Positions 47,705-56,687 of a stretch of DNA of 64,000 nucleotides are shown here, in pieces. Each line of letters begins with the position of its first letter. Positions within the stretch are counted from its first letter, which is position 1. The notes under the pieces are model-generated. The model did no database searches. It saw only the letters and a list, made by a program, of their open reading frames with translations, and was not told the DNA's origin. The stretch is from a virus. The position numbers and the translations under genes are program-made. The stretch covers positions 32,001 to 96,000 of IMG/VR virus record IMGVR_UViG_3300021602_000003. The stretch is one strand, 5' to 3'.

Positions 47705-49309
47705 ATGAACTTAACTGAATTATCCCGTTCACCTAAACGTCCATCGGGCGGTGCTAACGCATTTGGACAGATGAGTAACACACTAAGTGGCGAAAATAAG
47801 TCTAAATCTAGTACGGGCGGTACAATTACGAAGACTCCGACTGGATTAGTACATACAGCCAAGCCAAAAGCAGCAAAGCCAAAAGCAGCCAATCCGGCAG
47901 CACCTGCTCCAAAAGCAGCCAATCCGGCAGCACCTGCTCCAAAAGCATCGAACCCGGCAGCACCTGCCGCAGGTGCGCCATCTAAAGAATTAACAAAAGC
48001 ATGGATTCAGTTCTTAAAAAATAATCAAGTAGTTGCTACTCAATCTGACCCAAAGACTGGTAAACTTTCGTATAAGAAGAAAGTAACTACTGATATGCTC
48101 ACAAAATTCTTAAAGACTAATACTCATTTAGATGATGAAACTATTAATAGTGCAATAGAGTCCGTTATTTCTAAAAAATCGGGTAACGTACCCGATGCAC
48201 AAAAAGCGCACGGCGGAAAGAAGCCTGGAGAAATTAGTCAGACACCCAACGCTATAAGAAAACGTAATGCAAGAGCAAAACCAGGCGATCAGATGCAACT
48301 GGTCGAGGAATTTATAGATAAACCGACAGAAATAGATGAAAAAGGTGTCGAAAAAGTCTTTACTTTATTACAATCAAAGATATCTGACGCAGAGATTAAT
48401 ACGGGAACAGATGTGGCACCTACGGCAGAAGTAGAACCGGAAGAACAGTTAGATAAGATAAAGAATATAATTAAACGTATGTCACCCGAACAAAGAAAGT
48501 CGTTGTGGCAAGCATTAAATGATACCACTTTAACGGAACAGGCATTAGATAAGGATGATATAAGAGACGTATTTATACAGGCATCTAAGCCGGGATTTTC
48601 TAGGAAAAGAGTAGATATAAAAGATCTTCAACAGGCTTGGAAAGATACGGGTTATACAGATGATTCGGAAAAGATAGTTAGAATTCTGAAAAGCTTCGGG
48701 TATGATAGCGATGCCCGTGATAAAGTCTTTTCTACCGTCTTTGGTAGTGGCGAAAATGATAGAGATTCCGGTGAATCAAATTCGGGGTCTGCGAGTAAAG
48801 CTATCGATATTATAATGGATCATGTTAATAAGAGCGGTCTAAAGAAAGATTTAATTGCATTTATGCAAAAAGAATATGGGGAAGAATTAAGTAAAGAAGA
48901 AGAACCGGAAGACCGGGGCTGGCTAGGCAAAGCAGCCGATTTAGGTAAGAAGATATTTGGTAGGAAAGTTACTACTGAAGAAGTAAGACAAATCTTCTCA
49001 GCTATAGTTTTAGAAAAGAGAACTATGCAGAATGAGGTTATTAGAGAGCACGAATATAACTCTTTGGGTCGTAACAAGAAAGTCAACGATGCCATTATAG
49101 ATGAAAGTGTAACATTAAGCGATGTACTAAAATCAGATCAATACATTAAAATATTACGTCACATGAAAACAAAAACTGGTACTGATATAAATGTAACTCG
49201 TATAAAGAACCAGATTATACAGTCGTGGAAGAGCGGTAAAAAGCATAGTAAACATTATGCAGGACTATTATCTCAAATTCATTTAAATATACACGATTTA
49301 ATTAAATAA
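47705..49309 (+). CDS. hypothetical virion protein with Pro/Ala repeats
   Basis: MNLTEL leader; PKAANPAAPA repeats. Confidence 0.7.
   Translation: MNLTELSRSPKRPSGGANAFGQMSNTLSGENKSKSSTGGTITKTPTGLVHTAKPKAAKPKAANPAAPAPKAANPAAPAPKASNPAAPAAGAPSKELTKAWIQFLKNNQVVATQSDPKTGKLSYKKKVTTDMLTKFLKTNTHLDDETINSAIESVISKKSGNVPDAQKAHGGKKPGEISQTPNAIRKRNARAKPGDQMQLVEEFIDKPTEIDEKGVEKVFTLLQSKISDAEINTGTDVAPTAEVEPEEQLDKIKNIIKRMSPEQRKSLWQALNDTTLTEQALDKDDIRDVFIQASKPGFSRKRVDIKDLQQAWKDTGYTDDSEKIVRILKSFGYDSDARDKVFSTVFGSGENDRDSGESNSGSASKAIDIIMDHVNKSGLKKDLIAFMQKEYGEELSKEEEPEDRGWLGKAADLGKKIFGRKVTTEEVRQIFSAIVLEKRTMQNEVIREHEYNSLGRNKKVNDAIIDESVTLSDVLKSDQYIKILRHMKTKTGTDINVTRIKNQIIQSWKSGKKHSKHYAGLLSQIHLNIHDLIK
47879..47968 (+). 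repeat. 30-bp tandem repeat x3 (coding)
   Basis: CCAAAAGCAGCCAATCCGGCAGCACCTGCT, third copy degenerate. Confidence 0.9.
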
Positions 49310-49385
49310 GGAAACTATTTTATCTCAAAATGATAAATAAGTTTATGTATAGGACTATCCTATCAAAAAATAAGGAGATTTTATT

Positions 49386-49979
49386 ATGACACAAAAAATT
49401 AATGGCGCAGCCTATCCAGGTATCTGGGTTGAAAAACAAGTAGCTTTCATCAAGCTTACATTTAATCACAGTCTTCTGGCTATTCCTGCAGCAAGCATGT
49501 TTTTAACTGGAACAAATACAGCAACAACAACAACTTCCGAAGGTGATACTTCTTTTGGTGTGGTTGAGTCTGCAGTTGTTCAGGCTTTGAAGAACTTAGA
49601 GTTGAAGGCAACAGTATTAGGTATTTCTGCTTTGAGCGCAGCAGGTACAGTAGTTGACGTGATGGTTGGATGTTCGGAAGGTTACTTCTCAGATAACGTC
49701 GGCGCTATTTCTACTGGCAATACAGTGGTTGGTGCTAAAGCAGTTATTACAACAGCAGGCGGAAACACTGTGCTTGGACAATTAGTTGATGTTAGCGATT
49801 CGTATTTGACATACACTATGTATTTCGCAGCGTTCGACGGCACAATGCCAGTTGCTACAGTGGCTAACGGTGATTTGGAAACTGGCGTGGGTTCAACACC
49901 TGGTTCTACAACATATCCAAACGGAGCCCCAATTGGCTCTGCAAACAGCTACCAACCAGTAGCTTTAATTACAACTTAA
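49386..49979 (+). CDS. virion structural protein (highly expressed)
   Basis: Late promoter, TAAGGAG RBS, own terminator; MTQKING N-terminus shared with 50362 ORF (MVQKIHG). Confidence 0.7.
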   Translation: MTQKINGAAYPGIWVEKQVAFIKLTFNHSLLAIPAASMFLTGTNTATTTTSEGDTSFGVVESAVVQALKNLELKATVLGISALSAAGTVVDVMVGCSEGYFSDNVGAISTGNTVVGAKAVITTAGGNTVLGQLVDVSDSYLTYTMYFAAFDGTMPVATVANGDLETGVGSTPGSTTYPNGAPIGSANSYQPVALITT

Positions 49980-49996
49980 TTGTTGTTTTTAAAATG

Positions 49997-50020
49997 AAAA
50001 GGCTCTTCGGAGCCTTTTTT
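49997..50020 (+). terminator. intrinsic terminator
   Basis: AAAAGGCTC-TTCG-GAGCCTTTTTT. Confidence 0.9.
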
Positions 50021-50101
50021 AACGAATAAAATTTCTTTATATCAAAATTTCTACATATAACACAATACTAGATAAATAATGTAAAATGATAAGGAATAGA
50101 A

Positions 50102-50341
50102 ATGTCTACACCGCCACCAGTACCGCCGGGATATACAAGTTGGAATGATTATATAGATTATCAAGGCAGTATATCGCCCGACCCAGCCTTGACTAAGAGA
50201 AATATTAAGTTGGGTATGATAGCACAAGTGGAACGTCAAGCCGGCGGTGATACTTCGAGTCCTAGTTATCGTCCATATAATGTATATACGTCACCGGGTA
50301 CAGTTAGCCCCGCTGAAGGCCATCCCTGGACTTTAACATAA
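50102..50341 (+). CDS. hypothetical late protein
   Basis: Late promoter, AAGGA RBS. Confidence 0.65.
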   Translation: MSTPPPVPPGYTSWNDYIDYQGSISPDPALTKRNIKLGMIAQVERQAGGDTSSPSYRPYNVYTSPGTVSPAEGHPWTLT

Positions 50342-50361
50342 ATAACGGATAAGGATAAGAA

Positions 50362-50862
50362 ATGGTACAAAAAATACATGGCGCGGCCACAGCAATGCAA
50401 AATCTGACAGCAGATTTGGCATTCTATGTTTGCTATGCGTCTTCTCCAGGTGCCTTTACTGATCCTAATCCCAATCCGCCTCCATCTGAAGAATTAGCAC
50501 GTTTAATAAACATTCAAGTTACAGGTAGTCCTTTAGATCAGAGTCAAAAGAATTTCGAAGTATTTTTGATGAGCATTGGACTAAGAGCCATGCCTGTTGT
50601 TCTATCAGATCCTGCAGCAGTCTTACAATTAGCCGATTATACTCCGGAATTATCTGGAGAAGGTTTTGTATGGAAATTTGCTGTAGAACGAGGTGTTCAA
50701 TTTTATAATTTTACTCCCTATGGTACACCCGGCCCGGTCGGTTTACTGGTAGACGATTTAAATGGTGTCATTATTCCGAGTGGTGTCAGAATTACTACAG
50801 TAACAGGAAGCCCGTCGGGTTGGTTAAAGAATATAGCATTTTCAAGGATGGCTACGATATGA
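50362..50862 (+). CDS. virion structural protein, distant paralog of 49386 ORF
   Basis: MVQKIHGAA N-terminus. Confidence 0.65.
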   Translation: MVQKIHGAATAMQNLTADLAFYVCYASSPGAFTDPNPNPPPSEELARLINIQVTGSPLDQSQKNFEVFLMSIGLRAMPVVLSDPAAVLQLADYTPELSGEGFVWKFAVERGVQFYNFTPYGTPGPVGLLVDDLNGVIIPSGVRITTVTGSPSGWLKNIAFSRMATI

Positions 50863-51461
50863 TTAAACATGATAAAATTATTAATTCGCTTATGCATGGT
50901 GAACCAAGAGAAATGATTTCGAGTATGTCATTTAAAGACTACTATGCGTTAGATGAAGCAAGTGCCGATATTGTGCCACCATCGGGGAAACCAATATCAC
51001 CTACAGCACCAGCCGCGACACAGCCAGCGGCAGGCCAACAAAGTCGACCTGCCGCTACAGCACCTGCACCATTGAAACCGGAAGCTGACCCGCGTGGTGT
51101 TCAAGTTAAAAATCCGCAGACAGGTAAAATGGAATGGATGAAACCGTCTGTTGATCAATCTGGAAAACCTGTGGTCGAAGATAAGGCCCTTGCTAGAATG
51201 AAACAATTGGCCGGTATTGTAGAAGATGGTAGCTGTGGTGGCATAAGCGCCAGCGGTATCGCTGTAGCACCTAAGTCGATGGGCTCTATGAATCGTCGTC
51301 AACCAACTGACGAAAAAATAAAGAAAGAATATACTCCGAAAGTAGCAAAAACTGTTGTGGGTGACACTAAACCAGCACAAGCATCGGGCGAATTGTCCGC
51401 TACCCTCGCAGCAAACAATAAAAAGACGGCAAGTAGAACAAATAATGGGTTTAAAAGGTGA
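50859..51461 (+). CDS. hypothetical head-associated protein
   Basis: LARMKQLAGIVE motif shared with 29051 ORF. Confidence 0.65.
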   Translation: MIKHDKIINSLMHGEPREMISSMSFKDYYALDEASADIVPPSGKPISPTAPAATQPAAGQQSRPAATAPAPLKPEADPRGVQVKNPQTGKMEWMKPSVDQSGKPVVEDKALARMKQLAGIVEDGSCGGISASGIAVAPKSMGSMNRRQPTDEKIKKEYTPKVAKTVVGDTKPAQASGELSATLAANNKKTASRTNNGFKR

Positions 51462-51913
51462 AAACTAGTAGATCTGCTTTAATAGATAAGCTAGATAAGG
51501 CTACAACTCGTGGTGCTCGTCTGGCCTTTACTAAAGGGTACCCTATGAAAATGTCTAATAGTATTACTCTTGTCGGTAATACATTAGTAGAAAAGAATTC
51601 ATCGGGATTATACAATGTTGTAACCACCGATAAAGAGATAATTTATGAAAATATATCTATATTTGATATCGCGGTAATAATTGCTCAGAGATATAATTCG
51701 GGTGAATCCGGTATTATAAAGAAAGTATTATCTTTAGAGGAAAAATTCTCAAAATACCATACAGATATGATTCATTATTTAAATTGTCTTAAAGGTGCCA
51801 AGCAAAAGCATGATATAGAGCGAATGGCCATATTAGAAGACAAATTTCAAGTTGCAGAGACTTACGCTAAAGGAACTAAGGACAGTATCTTTATTTTCAA
51901 GAGAGTAAAATAG
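51458..51913 (+). CDS. hypothetical protein
   Basis: GTGA overlap. Confidence 0.65.
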   Translation: MKTSRSALIDKLDKATTRGARLAFTKGYPMKMSNSITLVGNTLVEKNSSGLYNVVTTDKEIIYENISIFDIAVIIAQRYNSGESGIIKKVLSLEEKFSKYHTDMIHYLNCLKGAKQKHDIERMAILEDKFQVAETYAKGTKDSIFIFKRVK

Positions 51914-51962
51914 TAAGTAGAATGATAAATAATACAAATAAAACTTAACAGGAACGGTTTAT

Positions 51963-53222
51963 ATGCTTTTAAACGATATTGGTAAATCACCAGACACCAC
52001 ATTCAGAAGGATAAATCAGTACCTCGAAACTAACTACGGTTTTAAGATTTCTGAGAATATTAGCGATAAAGATTTAGTCTTTATAACAGAACAGATAGAA
52101 GAAGAAATTGCCGACTTAAAGGTTAAGGGTGATGATGCAAGAAGCTCTTCAGAAGTATCTAAGAGATTATTAGTTTTGGAAGGTATAAGAAGTCTTAAAG
52201 AATATGGAATGATTCAGAAGCAATTTCAGTCGAGTCAGTTAAAACCTCTTATCGACGGCATGGTATCTGCGGTGGTTGATCATTTCGAAGGCGCCGGAGT
52301 GAGTATGTCCGACTTCGAGAAGGCTATCGAACACACTATGAGAGAATATCGTAAAAGTGATAAAGATTTTCCTAACGACCTCATCGAGGAAAAAGTTCGG
52401 GCTGGTGCAATGTCTGCACTTATAGCATTATCTCAACTTAATGCAGATTCTGCACATGTAGAATCGCAAATTTCTGTAATGGAAGAGACAGACGGCGAAG
52501 CAGCCCAAGAAGACAGCGAAGCAACTGTAGGAATTGAAGAAGAGGAAGAACAGACGCCAATGATTCGCGATAAGAGCGGTCGTATGGTACCAGACCCATT
52601 TGCTGCACAAGCAGACGCAAGAAGTAAAGGAATAGCAATGAAAGAACACGCAAATTTAGTAAAAAACCTAAGACGTCTTTTGGAAACAGAAGTTAGTCAA
52701 GCAGAGGTTATGATGGCAGCTAAAGGCTTCTCAGGCGAGCTGCAAGAAATGGTAGAAAAGATCGGTCGCTTACAAAACGAAGATCTGCCTCCTGTTACTG
52801 ATCAGATGAGAGAAACATATGGTATGGAATCAGCTTCGGCCTTCCAAACACAAATATATGGTGCACTACAAAGTGTTATGGATGCTCTTTATACAGCCAA
52901 AGGACAAGTCGATGATGCAGTCGGTAACATGGCCGCAACTGGACAAGTGGGTGCCGAGACTGATATGGATAAAGATATTGGCATGGATACTGGGATGGAC
53001 GGCATGGACGGCATGGACGGCGTACCTCCGGAAGATGACGGCATGGGGGACGATGCCGATTTAGATAATATTGGTGCTGAACTTGGCGAACCCGAAGACG
53101 ATTTCGGCAGTGAAGAAGCATTGGGTCGTTCTAAGAAAATGGAATCAGTATTACAGCATAAAGTTATGGAAATGAAGAAGCTTATTGCTAAAGCTAAGAA
53201 GCTTAAAGAAGCAAAGAAGTAA
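51963..53222 (+). CDS. putative prohead core/scaffold-like protein
   Basis: Acidic coiled-coil, LLETEVSQAEVMMAAK, GMD repeats; late promoter. Confidence 0.55.
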   Translation: MLLNDIGKSPDTTFRRINQYLETNYGFKISENISDKDLVFITEQIEEEIADLKVKGDDARSSSEVSKRLLVLEGIRSLKEYGMIQKQFQSSQLKPLIDGMVSAVVDHFEGAGVSMSDFEKAIEHTMREYRKSDKDFPNDLIEEKVRAGAMSALIALSQLNADSAHVESQISVMEETDGEAAQEDSEATVGIEEEEEQTPMIRDKSGRMVPDPFAAQADARSKGIAMKEHANLVKNLRRLLETEVSQAEVMMAAKGFSGELQEMVEKIGRLQNEDLPPVTDQMRETYGMESASAFQTQIYGALQSVMDALYTAKGQVDDAVGNMAATGQVGAETDMDKDIGMDTGMDGMDGMDGVPPEDDGMGDDADLDNIGAELGEPEDDFGSEEALGRSKKMESVLQHKVMEMKKLIAKAKKLKEAKK

Positions 53223-53226
53223 TTTA

Positions 53227-53550
53227 ATGAGAGCAAGAGAAATACTTGAAGAAGATTATAATGAGAACTTAGAATCGGATCTCAGTAATCTCCTTATCGG
53301 GGCTAAAGGTTCCGGATCTTTGGAAATCAATACTCAGGATCTTGTTTCACAATTACAGGGTATGGGTTATTCAGTAGACGAGAATAGTTTAATGTTATTG
53401 TTAAGTCGAAATCCTGCAGTGCTTAATGCAACACCCACACTTGTTCGCATGACAGATGCAGAAGGTTCGGCACAGGGCGGTAGTGACCCTGGAGAGGACG
53501 CAGCAGCCAGAGTTGGCGATATGGCACAAAAAGCCACAAAAATAAAATAG
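53227..53550 (+). CDS. hypothetical late protein
   Basis: MRAREILEE leader. Confidence 0.65.
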   Translation: MRAREILEEDYNENLESDLSNLLIGAKGSGSLEINTQDLVSQLQGMGYSVDENSLMLLLSRNPAVLNATPTLVRMTDAEGSAQGGSDPGEDAAARVGDMAQKATKIK

Positions 53551-53560
53551 GATAATAGAG

Positions 53561-54727
53561 ATGTCTTGTGATACAACTACTGGTTTCCCGAATGCCGCCC
53601 AAATGGAAGGCCTTGCAACAAATCTACCAGTAGTCTGGGAAGAAATATGTGCAATTCAACAAGCTGTTCTTGCAGCATCTAGTCAGTGCCAACCCGGCGG
53701 CGGCCAAATGTGCACCACAGTGGTAGGAAATACTCCTATGACATTTGTTACTGGTATAACATCAATAACAGTGGTAGATGGTGGCGCCGATTATTATGAG
53801 GATAGCCCAGCAGTTGTTTTTATACCACCTGTTGGGTCCACACCTTCGTCGACAGCATCGGCAACAGTTACAACAAATGGTGGAAGTATCTTATCTATCA
53901 ATATGGTATCGGGTGGATTAGATTATCAACCCGTACCAGCAACTATGGACGTAAGTTCTTTAGCTGGCATAAACGCAAATTTAACACCTCTTGTTAACGC
54001 AACAGGTAATATAGTAGGTATCAGTATTGTTTCAGGAGGTAGTGGCTACACAACACTCGATTCAGTTGTTGCTACCCGCGCAGTGTTACCAAATGCCGGG
54101 TATGTTGATGCAAGATTTGCGATTACAGCAGTCAGTATAACAGGTGAAATTCTATCGATTGCTATTTTAAATCCAGGATCAGGTTATCAGCCTAGCCTTG
54201 CGGAAGTACAGATTGTTTCCTCTATAAATCCTTTATTGCCTTACCCATTAGGCGCAGGTTTCTCAGCATATGTGAATACTAATATACTAGGAACAATTAC
54301 ACAAGTAATCATAGAAAATATAGGAGCAGGATACGCTGTATTTCCGCCTTATGTAATTATAACAGACCCTGGTACCGGCGCTACCACATCTGTTGTATTA
54401 ACTGCTGACGCCGTTTCGGCAATTAATGTACTTACACCCGGATCACAATACACCAGTTCTGCCACAGGTGCTGTATTAAATCCTGTCACAGCACCTTTGC
54501 CTAATCCACCCGCATCGCCGGCTGTAATTACCATAAATTCGGCGAATAATACGTTCGGAACGGACCCTCACTTATATTGGGAAGTCTGGGCCGGCACAAC
54601 TACTAATAAACCGATTCAAATGCAATTAAATGCCGTATTGTCTTATTTTGCTGGGTTAGGATATACTATTTTAATACAAGTAAATCCTCAAACCGGCAGT
54701 ACGATACAGTGGAAAATCTGCTGGTAA
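53561..54727 (+). CDS. virion structural protein with GSGY beta repeats
   Basis: Repeated I.V..GG.GY units like the 8340 ORF. Confidence 0.7.
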   Translation: MSCDTTTGFPNAAQMEGLATNLPVVWEEICAIQQAVLAASSQCQPGGGQMCTTVVGNTPMTFVTGITSITVVDGGADYYEDSPAVVFIPPVGSTPSSTASATVTTNGGSILSINMVSGGLDYQPVPATMDVSSLAGINANLTPLVNATGNIVGISIVSGGSGYTTLDSVVATRAVLPNAGYVDARFAITAVSITGEILSIAILNPGSGYQPSLAEVQIVSSINPLLPYPLGAGFSAYVNTNILGTITQVIIENIGAGYAVFPPYVIITDPGTGATTSVVLTADAVSAINVLTPGSQYTSSATGAVLNPVTAPLPNPPASPAVITINSANNTFGTDPHLYWEVWAGTTTNKPIQMQLNAVLSYFAGLGYTILIQVNPQTGSTIQWKICW

Positions 54728-54767
54728 AACATTGACTTAGTGATACTCTTTGTGTTACACTTTATCA

Positions 54768-55433
54768 ATGATAATAACAAATAAATTCGACTATAAACCC
54801 TTAAAACGAGTAGATACAGGAAACGGTAGACGATATATAGTCGGTGAAGGCAGACCACTCCCGTCTGTAACAGCAATCCTTAGCAAAACGCAAGATATGA
54901 CACACCTATTAGAGTGGCGTGCTAACGTGGGCGAAAAGGAAGCCACAAGAATTACCACAGAAGCCAGCGGTCTTGGTACAGGCATGCATAATAATATAGA
55001 AAATTACATATTAGACAAGCCTATGACCGGATCTTTCATGGCAAAATCTTTAGCAAATTTGATAATTAAAAAAGGTATCTCTAAAGTAAGTGAAGTCTGG
55101 GGTACAGAAGTATCTTTATATTCGACGGGTCTTTATGCAGGAACAACAGACTTGGTAGGCTTGCACGACGGTATACCATCTATTATGGATTATAAGAATA
55201 GCTTGAAGGAAAAGAAGAGGGAATGGATTGAGGGGTATTTTATGCAATTATGTGCTTATGCCCTTTCCCATAATGAGATGTTTGGCACAGATATTCATCG
55301 TGGTGTCATAATGATTGCCACACGGGACGCTAAATACCAGGAATTTGTGATAGAAGGTGACGAATTTACCCACTACGAAACTAAGTGGGCGAACACCGTG
55401 TGTGATTATTATGATCGGTTCGGTATCTGCTAA
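54768..55433 (+). CDS. PD-(D/E)XK (Cas4/RecB-like) exonuclease
   Basis: LPSVTAIL, GTGMH, YAGTTDL, IMDYK, QLCAYA. Confidence 0.88.
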   Translation: MIITNKFDYKPLKRVDTGNGRRYIVGEGRPLPSVTAILSKTQDMTHLLEWRANVGEKEATRITTEASGLGTGMHNNIENYILDKPMTGSFMAKSLANLIIKKGISKVSEVWGTEVSLYSTGLYAGTTDLVGLHDGIPSIMDYKNSLKEKKREWIEGYFMQLCAYALSHNEMFGTDIHRGVIMIATRDAKYQEFVIEGDEFTHYETKWANTVCDYYDRFGIC

Positions 55434-55460
55434 ATACATCACACAAAGGAATTTATAAAA

Positions 55461-56180
55461 ATGGCAACACCTGTAATAGTTTCAAGAATACAAAATAGAC
55501 GTGGTACGCAAGACCAGTTCGATGGTTATGTCTATAATCCCGCTGGGCCGAATAGTGTATACCCTTTTGGGTATACTGGTACAGGAGGATATGGTAGCTA
55601 CCCTGACTTTAATTCGATAAATTATCCTAATGTACTTTTAGCTGGAGAATTAGCACTATGTACTGATTCCGGTAATGTCTATATGGGGAACTCGAACGGC
55701 GAATACATAATAGTTGACACTGGTGCAAATGGTGCGACAGTACTTGATAGATTAGAACCCTATATGTGGGTTTTACCACCATCGGGTACTTATGTCAATA
55801 TAACAAGAGTAGGACCTGGACCTAACACATTAGAGTATCCATCGACACCGTTCATTAATATATTGTATGGAGTCACTAATTCATCATTAGAAGAGAGTAA
55901 TGTGGTAGGTACCACGTTTTCTAGAAATGGCCAGTTACAGATTACTGCCGTAGAGTATTTTTCTCCCGATATTCCTAATCCTCCATATCCAGATACTACT
56001 CCTGCATCACTAAGTGATGTACATACAGAAATTAATTTATCACCCACAGATGTATGCAATTTGAGTCTTATTGCACAATATGATACCGTTACCAATACAA
56101 TGATACAGATATTATATAAACACGATTTTCCTACTGATTTGATGTTTAGCACAAGCACAATCAAGTGGGTTTCTCTTTAA
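55461..56180 (+). CDS. tail/baseplate structural protein
   Basis: SRIQNRRG..LLAGELALCTDSG.VYMGN fibre-type N-terminus. Confidence 0.65.
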   Translation: MATPVIVSRIQNRRGTQDQFDGYVYNPAGPNSVYPFGYTGTGGYGSYPDFNSINYPNVLLAGELALCTDSGNVYMGNSNGEYIIVDTGANGATVLDRLEPYMWVLPPSGTYVNITRVGPGPNTLEYPSTPFINILYGVTNSSLEESNVVGTTFSRNGQLQITAVEYFSPDIPNPPYPDTTPASLSDVHTEINLSPTDVCNLSLIAQYDTVTNTMIQILYKHDFPTDLMFSTSTIKWVSL

Positions 56181-56190
56181 ATAATTAATC

Positions 56191-56628
56191 ATGATTTGGC
56201 ACACAATCTCTAATGACGAGCGACTCCGTCTTTGGAAAAATTTAAGAGTAGAAATACAAGAGAAATCTTTAGAGGAACAATTAGAACAAATTGCAAAATT
56301 TTGTTCTACAATCCCTTTTGGAGCCAGGACACTGGACTATTATAGTCCTATGGAATGGCCGACGCCATGGGAAATATTATTTCATGGTTCTTTCTGCACA
56401 AGTTCCATTAGTTTACTAATGTTTTATACATTAGATCTCTTAAATATACAAAATACAGTAGAATTATATCTTGTAGAAGATAACGAAGGCATTTATTTGT
56501 TGCCTGTGATCGATAATCAATTTGTTTTAAATTTTGAACTTTCTGCGGTAAATAATTACTCAGAAATTGAAGAAAAATTTAAGATATTAGACAAATATCG
56601 AAAAGAACAAATCAAAAAAATAAAATAA
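56191..56628 (+). CDS. conserved hypothetical protein
   Basis: RLRLWK.LR, WPTPWEIL..FC. Confidence 0.7.
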   Translation: MIWHTISNDERLRLWKNLRVEIQEKSLEEQLEQIAKFCSTIPFGARTLDYYSPMEWPTPWEILFHGSFCTSSISLLMFYTLDLLNIQNTVELYLVEDNEGIYLLPVIDNQFVLNFELSAVNNYSEIEEKFKILDKYRKEQIKKIK

Positions 56629-56687
56629 TACAACAACTAAAAAGATAATCGCCACAGATTAATCATTATACAATCACCGGAGAAAAC

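Noticed and set aside
52994-53022. 9-bp GGCATGGAC tandem repeat
   Set aside because: Simple coding low-complexity GMD linker
54768-55433. Cas4 / CRISPR adaptation
   Set aside because: Common stand-alone phage PD-(D/E)XK exonuclease; lacks the Fe-S cysteine cluster and there is no array
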